The translations under genes were made by a program, and so were the position numbers. A DNA stretch of 64,000 nt from Vicugna vicugna. Taxonomy: Eukaryota. Shown in pieces: positions 25,631 through 38,586 of this stretch (position 1 is the stretch's first letter; every line of letters begins with the position of its first letter). The stretch is taken from the NCBI GenBank assembly GCA_013265495.1, contig MU058636.1, forward strand, positions 7,828,295 to 7,892,294. Reading direction: 5' to 3'. The notes under the pieces were generated by a model. The model worked only from the letters and a program-made list of their open reading frames with translations. It did not search any database and was not told the DNA's origin.

Positions 25631-27114
25631 CTTCAAGGGTACGCACATGTGGAGGAACAGCAGGAGTTGCAACTATAGAGTGGCCAGCTCATTAAGACTG
25701 CTTGGGTCAAGGTAAGGAATCTGCTCTGTATTCTGCTAGTCTTTAGAATCCATGGTTTCACAGAGCTCAGACAGTTTAGGAAAGGAAAATGAGAACAAAT
25801 TCTCTCTCCCTGTTGGCTGTATAAGACACACATGAAGAGAAAGTTAAAAAAGGTACTCCCAGATGTACGGGCAACAGAACCGATGACGGGCATAAGAAAC
25901 CGAGGAAGAACACTAAGGGGAGAAGATTGTGAGTCCCATTTTTGATCAAAACTGGCCGTGGTTAAGGGCAGGACCACAAAGAAAGCTTATCACTTTTATC
26001 ACATCATGCAACGAACACGACTTGTACAGATCACAGCACAGAGTCTCCTAACGAACTTTTCTCCCTTTCAGGGCAAGTGTCTGCCTGTGGCCCGGGAACT
26101 CAGCCTTTCCATGCTTAGAAAACAAAGTTAAACATATCAATGTGTGCAGGGGGGTAATTGGGTCTGTTGCCTTTTGAAACAATTCTGGAGGTTTTTAATA
26201 AAGAGGGCAGGTTGAGTGACTAAGACTGGTGGACATGATTTGGCCTTTGAGCCATCATCTGTTGGACACTTCTCTCTCAGGAAGTACAGGTAAAACTCAC
26301 AGAAGTTTTAGGAAATTCTTCCCCTATCTCAGACAACTCTGTTCTTCTGTCTTTGCAGCAGTGGATTCAGCGATGCAAGTGAGAGGAGAAAATAAGAGAA
26401 CTGAGAAGAAGAAAAAGATAAAATAAGAGAACTGAGAAGAAGAAGAAAAAGATCATAAGATCATCCATTATTTCTTGGCATCATCAGAGCAATCAGAAGC
26501 AAGCCACAAACACACAAGGAGTAGGATGGGTTGCTGTCACTAAGGCAGGACATGCAGCATCCTCTTCCCTGAAGTTAGACAGTGAATTACTTTCAAAAGG
26601 AAGCTAAAGTGGTGCCTCAGGAACAAAAACGAGAAACCCTGTGTTCCAGACCTAGTTTAATGGGCATGTGGGATAACCCGGGGCACATGGTTCTTCCTTG
26701 CTCAGAAACTGGAGTTCTAAAATAAGGATTAATAATAATGCTGAGCCTGCTCATAGGGAGGTTTTTAGGATTAACTTAGAAATCATTATAAAATTACTTC
26801 GCAAATACTGTATTCGGTCAGAATACCTACCTCCAGGCAACACATCTTTGAGGTTGAAATAAAGTTTGAAATTTCTTAGACTGTTCATCCTTGCCATGAA
26901 AAGAGAACCGGATGCAAACAGACTAGCAAATATTAAAGCCACTTGGCCCCTACTGAGTTAATCTGTAACAAAGGGTTACGCTGCTCAGGTAGCTTCACAA
27001 ATCAACACAATTTCAGCTGAGTTATACACCAAATCCAGACAATTTTTAGAAGACATTTGATGGTTTTCATCAAATAAATTAACATCCAGTTTAGAAATTC
27101 AGGTATAAGAATAT

Positions 27115-27830
27115 TGTACCAGTCCTGGCAGGAAATAGAATCTAAAGCAGGTGGTTCAAGGAATTTTGATAAAAGTGTGGGCCAAGATAAGGAACTGACA
27201 GAAGATGCTGATGCCCCTAGATACTAGCCACAGAAGTGGTTACCACCCCTGGACCTAAAGTGACATGGGAAGATAAGACATTTCAGGAACCCAGGGAGTT
27301 GAGGATCCAGATTTTGCCAGAACACTCTGACCAAAAGAGGGAGGGAACAGGGAAGACACAGCCCAACCCTCTCTCCTGCCCCTTGTCTTATTCACACCTC
27401 ATTCAATACTTTTATTTGATTATGAAACCTCTGTGGATTCAGATCACTCAGTCCCAGTGTTGCTGCCTCTGCATGGCAGTCAGGAGATCACAGGCTTACA
27501 GAGCTGATGCAGAATTAGGCATCTGGGGAACTAAATCCAAGCGCAAGGTAACAGCATAATGGAGCTAATCTTGAGAAACAAATACTTTCGAATTAAACGT
27601 CAGTACTAAGTCCTAGCCGTTGGATTCAGGGACACAAAATAGCTACTCTAAAAAGGAAAATCCAGGTCTTGAGTTAGGATATTACCTGTTGCACCTCCCA
27701 ACCTCCAGTCTCCCGCTGGTGCTGACCACTGGTTGCACCCAAACAGAAGCCAGAGTCAGGAGCTGCAGTTCATAGCGTCAGCCTCCCCAGGCACTGAGTG
27801 GATCTAAGCGGCAGTAAATGGAGAGTAACC
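27115..27830. mobile_element. Degenerate MaLR LTR fragments (MLT1-type)
   Basis: 'tgtaccagtcctggcaggaaatagaa...' and 'ctcccaacctccagtctcccgctggtgc...cccaaacagaagccagag'. Confidence 0.5.
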
Positions 27831-27994
27831 AGTAAAAATATAACCCCCAACACTTTTAACACATCTTACCAGCCCAGCTTTAAAAATAAGGCTTGTGTCT
27901 TCCTTTTAACTTATTCACGAGTCACTGAAATATCCTACTGAACATCATTTTTATGGTAATGCCAGTCAGCAACAAGTTCTATACAGGCCTGGGT

Positions 27995-28465
27995 TTTGAT
28001 TAGGTATACACTTGACTGTATGTAGCAAAAAACCCCAGTGACTTAAAAAGTGGGATTCATTCATAAGAAATTTGGAGGAAGTAGGCTGCTGGCATCGTCA
28101 GCACTGAGAGACACCAGAGCCAGAGTCAGCGTTCTGGGGGCTTTTACCTTGTGCATCTCACCTTAAGGTGGCAAGAAAGCTGCTGCTTCTCCAGACATCG
28201 TGCCTTCAAGGAAAGAGGAAGGCAGAAAGGAAAAGAGCAATGCCAGTCACATCTATTTCTATTGGGAGAGCAAACACTTTCCTAGAAAGCCCTGCCAATC
28301 CCACCTTTGTTTCTTCGGCTGCAACTGCAATACACTTCTAACTGCAAAAGAGGCTTTGTAAACACATATTTAAGCAATGTTCCTGTCCATAAAGAAATCT
28401 GGCTTCTGGCAGCAAGCAGGAAGTGGGGAGATATTTAACAGGCAACTGAAAGTATCTGCCACAGT
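27995..28465. mobile_element. MaLR LTR (MLT1J-like)
   Basis: 'aaaaaaccccagtgacttaaa...aagaaagctgctgcttctccagacatc...ggcaactgaaagtatctgccaca'. Confidence 0.6.
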
Positions 28466-30049
28466 TAAATATCATTGATATATTTTATAGTTTGTTACAT
28501 GAAATGCTCAAAAGAGGCCCATTAATACTCATTAAACATTAGATAAGAAGAAGCAATGTTCACTTACTCTTTCGCTTCTCTAGTGAATGAGCCAAAGAGG
28601 TAGTGAGCCTGTCATCTGAAAGGCATTATCCTGTCAACCACCATCAGCCCATTTCTTACAGCAGCAAGGAGAACTGATTTGAAAGAAATATCTCAACTCA
28701 AGAACATGACTCTCCTTCTGAGGATAATTACTTTGTGCTCCTGAATCCTAGTCATTACTAGGGCTTACATTTAGTACTAATATATTTGCTTCTCAAAATC
28801 AGAACAATTAAGCTGTTAACAAATTTGTATCTAATTCCCCAATATACCTACTTCTGCATAGACTCTCTAAGACTGTGATCTACTGATTGCTACTTGAAGA
28901 GAGCAGCACAAGGAATTAGAAATCAGAATCAGTTGAGGTTTTGTTATAATTAGGAATACTGAATAAGATGTCCCTGAATGTACCATTTCGATCAGTAACA
29001 AAAGATAACTTGCTGTAGACCAAGAGATATTACCCTCCAATTACTGCATTGTGTCCAGTGATCCTACTGCTTGTGTTAGTGAGTAGCTGCCACGTAATAG
29101 TCATTTAACAGAGAAGGGGAGCACAGAAACCACATTTCGGATCTTGCTATGGCAGTAATCCATCCCACTTGTATACACCCAGGATGCTATGTGACCTTGA
29201 GCTGCTCTCATTTCAGTGGGTTTTTAATGTTTTAACCATGGTTTTAGTCTGCATTGCATTGCATCTATTATTCATGTGACTCCTAGAGCAAAGCTAATCT
29301 TCCTGCCACATCACCTTGTTTTTCTGTCATACAACTTTTCTGGCCACTTCTGCCCCAGAGCACTCTTGAGGGAAGCATTTGTTATACAACCAGCCCACAA
29401 TGTAAACCTCGCCCTGTGGGCTTACCTTGGCACTGGCTCACCAAGGGGAAAGAAAGTCATATTTTAGAGCGTAGAGTTTAAAATCTGAATAATTCGGGTA
29501 CATCCGAAACACTGAGACAACGATGTTTCAAAGGCAGCCTGATACAAAACCCTAAATGGTATTTAATTTAGTCACACTGTTTTATGCTTTAGTTAATCAG
29601 TATTGTTGACAGACAGCAGAAAAAGGTTACATGGTCATAGTGAGCCCCAGTAGACTGTAGGCTATCACTCCTGTGATGCTTTAAAAATTAGAAGTTTGAA
29701 ATGGGGTTAGATGATCATGAAAGTCAGTCCTTCCTATATTATGGTACCTCCTGAGGTGCTTCCTTAAAAAACACTCACCATTGTCTCTTTTTTGTTTATC
29801 CCTTCCTCTATCCTGCTGCTGAGAGCATAGGTGGAGCTCTTAGCACCACCTTGGATCATGAGGATGAAGGTCACACCTTAGGGATGGGGGGATAGTAAAC
29901 TGGAAGGAGCCTGGGTCTCTGAGGACCACGAGGACCAACTCTGGGCTTTCTGCTCAGGGGTCTCTATGTGAAAGAGAAACAGGCTTCTCTCCTGTTGTGG
30001 GTCTTTACTATTCAACGCCAGTGCTAACAGCTACAAGCTCAAGTAACAA

Positions 30050-30265
30050 CAATAATGACAACTAACATCTATTGCCCTCTGACTTTGTCAGACACTGTGC
30101 TAAGCACTTTATGTGCATTGTCATCATAACCTTCACAACAACCCTAGGAGACAGGTGCTAGTATTTCACAGAGGAGAAAACTAACCAACCAAGGTGACGC
30201 AACCAGTAAGTGGTGGAAATGGGATTCAAGCCCAGGCCACCTGACTCCAATACCCGTGCTTGGAA
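30050..30265 (-). mobile_element. MIR SINE remnant
   Basis: 'cagacactgtgctaagcactttatgtgcatt...ttcacaacaaccctagg...cacagaggagaaaact...gggattcaagcccagg'. Confidence 0.85.
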
Positions 30266-30745
30266 CATAGCCATGGTGGGAAGCAAATACCTTTGCGATT
30301 TTGATCCACTGTCCCGTTCTACAGTGCATCTATTTCATTTCAAGCCATATAGTCCCCTCATACTTTGGGCTTCCCCTACTTCCAAACATTCTCCCTGTTA
30401 AACAAATATTTACTTTAATAGGTTACAATAGTTCGTGTTATCCAAGGCTAAGGAAGAGACATGAAATTTATTCTGATGGAGCAGAAACATAATTGGCTTG
30501 TGCTTTGCTGCCAAAGACATGATTTCATTTTTCTAACTGCTGTAAAATGGGAGAAAAAAGAAGTCAAAGATGCCTTCTTCAAGAGACAACATCTTAAAGA
30601 ATGATTCAGTAAGGAAAGACTGGTCAGAGAACAATCTGCAGTCAGTACAGTTCCAGTGAGATCCTCTATAATGTCATATTTCAAGTACTTTATAGGCCAG
30701 CAGCTAGAGAAAGAAAGAAAAATAAGCTTAAAAATGCAGAAAGAG

Positions 30746-32143
30746 TTTTGGTCAACTAATCTTTGACAAAGGAGGCAAGAATACAATGGAATAAAGACAG
30801 TCTCTTCAGCAAATGGTGTTGGGAAAACTGGACGGCAGCATATAAATCAATGAAGCGAGAACACTCCCTTACACCATACACAAAAATAAACTCAAAATGG
30901 ATCGAAGACTTAAACATAAGACAAGATACAATAAACCTCCTAGAAGAAAACATAGGCAAAACATTATCTGACATACATCTCAAAAATGCTCTCCTAGGGC
31001 AGTCAACCCAAGCAATACAAATAAAAGCAAGAATAAACAAATGGACCTAATGAAACTTACAAGCTTCTGCACAGCAAAGGAAACCAGAAGTAAAACAAGA
31101 AGAAAACCTACGGAATGGGAGAAAATTTTTGCAAGTGAAACCGACAAAGGCTTGATCTCCAGAATATATAAGCAGCTCATACGACTCAATAAGAAAAAAA
31201 TAAACAACCCAATCCAAAAATGGGCAGAAGACCTAAACAAGCAATTCTCCAAGGAAGACATACAAATGATCAAAAAGCACATGAAAAAATGCTCAATATC
31301 ACTAATTATCAGAGAAATGCAAATCAAAACTACAATGAGGTGTCACCCGACACCAGTCAGAATGGCCATCATTCAAAACTCCAGAAATGACAAATGCTGG
31401 AGAGGCTGTGGAGAAAAGGGAACCCTCCTACACTGCTGGTGGGAATGCAGTTTGGTGCAGCCACTGTGGAAAACAGTATGGAGATTCCTCAAAAGACTAG
31501 GAATAGACTTACCATATGACCCAGGAATCCCGCTCCTGGGCATATATCCAGAAGGAACCCCACTTCAAAATGACACCTGCACCCCAATGTTCATAGCAGC
31601 ATTATTTACAATAGCCAAGACATGGAAACAGTCAAAATGTCCACCAGCAGATGACTGAATAAAGACGATATGGTAATTTATACAATGGAATACTATTCAG
31701 CCTTAAAACCCGGCAACATAACGCCATTTGCAGCAACATGGATGCTCCTGGAGAAGGTCATTCTAAGTGAAGTAAGCCAGAAAGAGAAAGAAAAATACCA
31801 TATGAGATCACTCATATGCGGAATCTAAAAACAACAACAACAACAACAAAAAACCCATAAATACAAAACAGAAATAGACACATAGACATAAAATAAAAAC
31901 TTATGGTTGCCAGGGGGATGGGGGTGAGAAGGCACAGACTGGGATTTCAAAATGCAGAATAGATAAACAAGATTGTACTGTGTAGCACAGGGAAATATAT
32001 ACAGGATCTTGTGGTGGCTCACAATGAAAGAGAAGGTGACAATGAATGTATGTACGTTCATGCATAACTGAAAAATTGTGCTCTACACTGGAATTTGACA
32101 CAACATTGTAAAATGAGTATAACTCAATTAAAAAATGTTTTTA
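30746..32143 (+). mobile_element. Relatively young 5'-truncated LINE-1 (about 1.4 kb) with perfect 16-bp TSD
   Basis: ORF2 C-terminus then 3'UTR; TSD aaaaatgcagaaagag at 30730-30745 and 32144-32159; the left copy sits at a TT|AAAA L1 endonuclease site. Confidence 0.97.
30752..31658 (+). pseudogene. Disrupted L1 ORF2p C-terminal fragment including the cysteine-rich CCHC motif
   Basis: ORFs 30763-31050 (QWNKDSLFSKWCWENW) and 31041-31658 ([34 protein letters not shown]); frameshift near 31040 and premature TGA at 31656-31658. Confidence 0.95.
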
Positions 32144-32339
32144 AAAAATGCAGAAAGAGGGGTGCCTTGCCAACGAAGTTAACCAGTATGAACTTTAGTG
32201 AACTAGACCAGGATACCATTATTTCTCCATTATAATTAATTCAAGGCAGTTTCTAGCCTGGGATAATTTTTTTCAACCTCTTCCTGGATTTTTGACAGAA
32301 ATCTAAAAGATTCATTTGCTTTCCAACAATGGTAAGTTT

Positions 32340-32900
32340 TTCCTTCATCCATTATTTTCAGTAAGTATTTATTGGGCCCCTATTTGGTGCCAGCCATTGT
32401 GTTAAGCTCAAAGATGGGTATGAAGATAAAGCAGACATTGTCCTTGCCCTACTCTAATTGGGGGGACAGACAAGGAGAATGCAGTGTGGTTTGTGAGCCA
32501 AGAGAGGGGAGATGTGCAGAAAATGATGCAGGAGCAACCTGCAGAGGCTGGAACACGATGGGTTATTCTCACTGGCTGAGAGGTTGGGACATCATCCAAT
32601 GGCATGAACAGACACCAAGAGATTTTAGGCAGAGGAGTAACATCAGCTTTGTTTTAGCCATTTAATTCCACATGAAAGGAGCATGAAAGTCAGATTAAGT
32701 AAGATCAGAATGAAGGCAGATATTCTATTTAGGAAACTAAACTACAATAATCCAGGAGAAAGATGATGAAGGTCCAAACCAAGGCAGTAAACTAGGACAA
32801 AAGAGGGCCAAAGGCAGAGAGATCTCATAGAGAAAATCAACAGGCTTAATGTTTGAAGAGACAAGAGAGAGATTTGGAGAGGGAGAAGAAGGAACCTACA
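32340..32900 (-). mobile_element. L2 LINE remnant
   Basis: 'ttcagtaagtatttattgggcccctatttggtgccagccattgtgttaag...caataatccaggagaaagatgatgaagg'. Confidence 0.7.
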
Positions 32901-33174
32901 AAGATATTCAGAGTAACATCTTACAGGGTTGGTTTTGCTATTTTTAAGGTAGCTGAGGTGGAAGAAAGAACACCAATAAGCTTAAGCTGTTAAGAAATGT
33001 TTTTTCTTGGCTCTACCTCTTAGCAGCAGTGGATAAGTCATGTTAATTTCTTAAAACTCAGTTTCTTCATCTATAATATGAAGATAATTTTTCTTAGGAT
33101 TTTAAAATGCAAACTAAATAAGATAATATAAGAAAGAGCAAACAAAATAGGACCTGAAACAAAATAGGACCCAT

Positions 33175-33690
33175 GTCAGTCAAGGTTCCATTCAGGAAAC
33201 AGAAACTGCACAAGGTATATCAAGCACAGGGTATTTAGTACAGGGAACTAGATGTCTGCAAAATAATGTAAAAGACTAGAGCAAGGATATCAGGGCCACA
33301 GGCTTTTAGGTATACCTCTGCAACTATAATCAGGAAATCAGGAAGCTAGTGTTGCTGTGACCTAGAAGTTAGGAGATTTCAAGAAACAGCTGTCAATAAA
33401 TAACACAGGTGCTGTGCAGCCCCGAAACTGGTGATTGGCAATGAAATGTGAAGCCCAGTCACCACAAAACTCATGTCTGCCAAAAGCCACATGTCAGCAA
33501 CAACTGCTGCTGGGAAGAATGGGTCTCCTTCCCTTTTACCTCCTAAATGCATGCAAGTGCGTTTCTTTGAAAGAGTAGTAATTGCATCCAGAACTCTGTA
33601 TGTAATTCCCAGGTTTCTGGCTCCTAAAATATAAGGCTAAGTATAGAAGACAGTGGAAATAAATGATTACCAATAAACAATATCTAGATC
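33175..33690. mobile_element. Old MaLR/ERVL LTR-like fragment
   Basis: 'tgtcagtcaaggttccattcaggaaacagaaactgcacaaggtat...' resembles an MLT/LTR terminus. Confidence 0.45.
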
Positions 33691-34107
33691 AGGTCTTAAT
33701 AAATATGATTTGAGATATAGAGCTCATTGAAATAGGAATAAAGATTGTTTGGAATTGGAAATGAGGAATTCAGCTTGGGACATTTTGACTTGGAAGCGCC
33801 TATGGGACTTCCAGGCAGCTGTATGTCGAAAGTTAATTTAGAAGGTAGGTCAGGGACATAGGTTAAGGTTTAGAATCATCATCTTAGTAGTGGTAGTTCA
33901 AATCATGGAGTGGCTCCCACTGATTCACACCTCCTCTCCCAGGGAGAGTCTACAATTGAGAAGACACTAATACCAAGCATAGAGCTCTGGGCCTACCAAC
34001 ATTAAAGGGCCTGATGAAGGTGGAAGAGCTCACAGAGAAGACAGAGAATTTTGAGATGGAGGTTGTGGTCTGCAGGATGCTACTCAGAACTTTGTTGTTC
34101 AATGATC

Positions 34108-34656
34108 AACTGTATATTGCAAAGCTCCAGTAATCAAAACAGTACAGTATTGGCAAAACAGTGTAGTACAGACACATACACCAATGGAACATAAATGAGA
34201 GCCCAGAAATAACCCAAACATATGCATTCAATTAATATTTTTCAAGGGAGAAAAAAATACTCAACAGGGAAAGGATAGTCTCTTCAACAAACAGTGTTGA
34301 GGAAAATGGATATCCACATTCAAAATAATGAAACTGTGTGGGAGAAATGGGTGACAGTGGTCACAAGATTAAAATTTCCAGTTATAAGATAAATTAGTTC
34401 TGAGGATATAATGTACAGGATGGTGACTATAGTTAACAATAATGTATCATATATTTGAAAGCTGCTAAGAGAGTAAATCTTAAAAGTTCTCATCACAAGA
34501 AAAACAAATTATAACTATGTGAGGGGATAGATGTTAACTAAAGTTACTGTGGTAATCATTTTGCAGTATATGCATGTATCAAATCATAATATTTTATACA
34601 TTAAACTTACACAATGTTATATGTCAACTATAGCTCAGTAAACCTGGGGGAAAAAA
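34108..34656 (+). mobile_element. L1 (L1MA/MB-like): ORF2 fragment fused to 3'UTR end
   Basis: About 34108-34335 is ORF2-like ('aaagctccagtaatcaaaacagt', 'aaggatagtctcttcaacaaa'); about 34336-34656 is 3'UTR ('atggtgactatagttaacaat', 'gctaagagagtaaatcttaaaagttctcatcac'). Confidence 0.85.
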
Positions 34657-37600
34657 GCAATGCTAGCAAGAAGTCAAACAAAGCAAAGAACTAAAAAGTT
34701 TCCATTGGCTTTGTCAACTTGGATGCCATTGTTCACCTTGGCAGGTTCAGGTTCAATGACAGAGGCAAAGTGATGTTTCAGTGTCACCAGGAGAGGAAGT
34801 CTTGGGTGTGGACTCCTTAAAGAAGCTTGGCCAAGGAGGGAAGAAATGGGACAGGGAAATAAAGCATGTTTAAAAAAACACACTCTACCTCATGAGAAGA
34901 ACTACTAAAATCTTAATAAAATTCTCCTGCCTTACAACTGCCTTTGGTAGCTGTATTTCTGTGTTATTATATATTCTAAAAATATATCCTTATGGCAGGG
35001 ATGATCACCTAACATAATAATGGGTATTTTGTGTGGTATGATTTTTTTCTTTTTTTCTATTTTTTCATAGCTTGAGTTCTTTATAATGAGCTTAAATACT
35101 TCTTTTTTTTTAAAAGCAATTGTCATTATCCCTAAAATGTAAAATACATTTACTCCATACTTGGGGTGGGTTGGTATTTAAGGTCATTTTATACAAATGA
35201 TGTTTTTGTTGATAAAATCTAGGACAAGGTTTCTATGTAGGTACTTGACTCTTTTCTGGACTTAGAGTTTTTAAAGGTAATTATAATATTGGAATATGCA
35301 AAGAGAAATCTAGGGTGAAGGAGATTGGAATTTAACCCTTAACTTTATTCCATATGGCTAGAACCTAACATCAAATGCTAGCTTCACAATTTAAGACTCA
35401 GAATTTTGAGACAGAAGAAAGTAAAGAGACCATAGTCAGGTGCCTTAAATCACAGAGGGAAACTGAGGCCCAGTAAGGAGCTGGCCAAGACTACACAGTA
35501 GGAAGAATGAGAAGTAGAAGTCAGAACCCTGAACCCCTAATTGAGGTTCCATCCACTAGGCCATGCGGCTCATGAGAGATCAGAGAGCTTGGAGCAAAAG
35601 GCTGAGGGCTGGAAGATAGGTGCAGAATGAAAGGTCAGAAGATTTGGGATTATTTAACTTGGAAAAGATGAGACTGAAGAGATGCTTTAATAATTTCCCA
35701 GTATAAAAAGAAAAATAATCTTTTTATTTCTCCTAATGAAATAGACAATAAAAGTTCTCTCCACACTTTGCCCACGCTGTTCTTTCCATTGAAAATGTTG
35801 CTTCCCTTTACTCCTCATCTACCCAAATCTAACTTTCCTTCAATGTCATTAGACAATTCCCAGGTCTTTCTAGAACCTTCCCCCAATGAGTCCCCTCCAC
35901 ACTGAACTTTATCTTCTCAGGTTTTCTCCTTTAGCACTTATGGCTGGGACCACAAAGACTGACACATGCATTGTCATGATGACTAAGTGTTTCACTAGCG
36001 TGTGTCTTTTTCCTTTGGAGAAATCTATCCCAGTCCTTCTGTTTGCAATCCTCCTGTCATGTAACCCTCCACGTAACTTCTGTGATGGTTAGGATTGACT
36101 TTAGAGTAGATAATAAATACTTGTAGAATGTAATTCATGTTAAATATTAAATATAGTCTTTCAATGATGAGTGTCATTATTAGGTAGGATACAAAATATT
36201 TTGTAAACATCCTTAAAAACACATATATTATCTACTTGGAAAATTTAAGGTCTAGAGGCACAAGGATGCATGGATGAACTACAAGCCTTTTTCAAGTCTG
36301 ACTGAGTCTTGTGATTCTGTCATTATCTACATTGAACTATAGATCTCAAATTTACTTCACTAGCTGAACAGAGAGGTTTCAGGTATCTCTAACACTGATT
36401 CAAATCATTGCAGAGTTAAACTGACAAATCACTCAATTGATGAGATACTTTTAAGATTTTCCATGGCACATAAATAAATAAACTGAATGGCTGATTCAAT
36501 AATCTTATGATTAGAATGTTCTAGTTCTATCCAAGTAAAGGGAACCATATGCCAAAAACCACATACATTGCTCTGATGTTACAAAAGGTGATGAATTATA
36601 GGTGTGTTCACTCTTTATGAGTGGTTAACCTATCACCTCTAGTATTTATAAAATACACTTTTTCTGCAAATTTTTCTGTAGACCTTTTTTTTCAATTTTC
36701 TTACTTCTATTCATGCATTTACTGAAGTTAGTGACACACTGGAGAAGAGAGGATATCACTAACTAACCTTGGCAGATGAAAAGAAGAAAATCACTTCTAA
36801 GATACCACCTTGCTGCATATTTTAAACACCATTCTTTCAGATCTCTACTACTGTTTTAACTAACATCACTCTAGCGTGATTCCAAGGGTTTTATTTTCAC
36901 TATGAAATATATGCACTGGGACTTGCCCTTTTATTAGCATGTTAATCTATTAATATAATAAACATGATACTTGGGATAATAAACTGCCTGATCTCCAGTG
37001 GAGCTCATTAAAATGTTGCCTCTCAAATTGCCTTCCTCAGGGACAGACCTCTTTTAAAAAATTAATAGGAGTCATGAATTGAGTTTGTGAAATTTGTAGC
37101 ATCTCCTTTAGCAAGAGCTAGAAGTTTCCTGTAGATAAAGATGGTATTTGGCTCACTCTGGGAGGGTTCCTTATCTGATAATGTTAACTATAATACAACT
37201 TTAGAATAAGTAGGTCTTGTAAATGTCATTTTAAAATGACATTTTAAATGCTTAATGAAAGGCAAGCACACTTAAGTGTCTCTGTCACTTCGACATATTT
37301 CAGGCTTCTTGCTTTGCTTGATTTAGAGTCACCTGAAAAACAGCCATGCTTGACAGCAGGATTTGAAAGGTGGTGGTATCTGGAATAGACAGTTCTCCCT
37401 GTAACGAGATGGATCCACAGTGAAGTTAATGAGGCTGACCCTGCAGGGTCTGTCTCTGCACATAGCACAGAGCTATGAATGTCATAAGCTATGAGTGTCC
37501 TTGTGTCCTAGGAGGGGCCAGCAAGCCAGGGGTCATCAGGAAGCATTCCTGTGTATTCATTTCTGGCAAGTTGCCTAAAGAGGTCTCTGACTCTTCAAAC

Positions 37601-37858
37601 CTTCCATAATTTGTTGTGACTTATTTTCTCATTTTAACTAAGATTCCTTTTATAACTTTGTATTTTTTTTATGTTAGGGGGATCCCCAAATCACATGAGT
37701 TTCTGGCCCTACAAAGCCTGGATCTGCCCCTGTCCAACAGCAAAAAGGATTTTATTGCAAAGGAAATTTGTTTCAAAGAATTTTGTTAATTGACATTTTC
37801 TAACTGAGTTTCATTAGCTTCACAAAGACCCCCAGTGTAATTTGTGTGCATGTAGCCA

Positions 37859-37934
37859 ACAGTCTGCATAAATCATCATTTGGACATCAGGTTTAGACAG
37901 TCTGCATAAATCATCATTTGGACACCGGGTTTAG
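37859..37934. repeat. Direct tandem duplication, 2 x 38 bp
   Basis: acagtctgcataaatcatcatttggacatcaggtttag / acagtctgcataaatcatcatttggacaccgggtttag; 2 mismatches. Confidence 0.95.
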
Positions 37935-38169
37935 CAACGTGAACACTAAGCCTCAGAGGCAAATGAGAGCCCTAATTTAGATGTAGCACCACGGACTCTT
38001 ATAACAATAGGTGGATCGGTACAACAAAATTGACCAAGCAGATGGTGACTCTCATCTTATTACCAGGAAGGAAATTCCTACAGGGTCTGCATGAGCTTCC
38101 GACACTTTGAGTGAAAGTCAAGAGGAAAGGCATAATCTACTCTGTGTGGAACAATAATCAGTATTAAGG

Positions 38170-38586
38170 CTGCAAAGAACAAAGAGCTTCATTTGTGGTC
38201 TTAAGAATTGCAATTTGGAAGACACAGATTTGGGTAAAACTGTTAAGAGTGCTCCCAGAGAATGGAAAGAGTCAGGGGCTTATTCAGGCAAAAGCCACAA
38301 GGTTGTTCAAGAATTATGACTGACTGACTCTTATGCAAGAAAGGAAATATTCGTCCTTAAGGAACATGCTGTCACAAGTTATTTTAGAGTAAGGGTCTGA
38401 CAAGCTTCTTGAGCTTCCGGGACATTGGGCAGATGTTTTGGATGCCTGCATTAAGACAAGAAGTGGTCCAATTCAGGTTTCATCTGTGCTGAGAGATGCT
38501 TAAGTCACACTTGCTTGATGGCCTCCCAGCTCCATATCAGAGAGCTCTCCTAGCAACACCGACTCCATTCTGACTTTCCTTTTATA
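38170..38586 (-). mobile_element. ERV1-class solo LTR
   Basis: The minus strand starts 'tataaaaggaaagtcagaatggagtc', resembling ERV1 LTR 5' ends (TG..AAGGAAA...AAATGGAGTC); LTR-typical length. Confidence 0.55.

Noticed and set aside
30763..31658. ORFs of 95 and 205 aa as a functional gene
   Set aside because: They are a 5'-truncated L1 ORF2 with a frameshift and premature stop, lacking the EN and RT core and any promoter
37859..37934. Repeats of CRISPR-like length (also 18514-18567, 26389-26453, 52503-52543)
   Set aside because: Only two copies each, no unique spacer series, no cas genes, and the context is a mammalian genome
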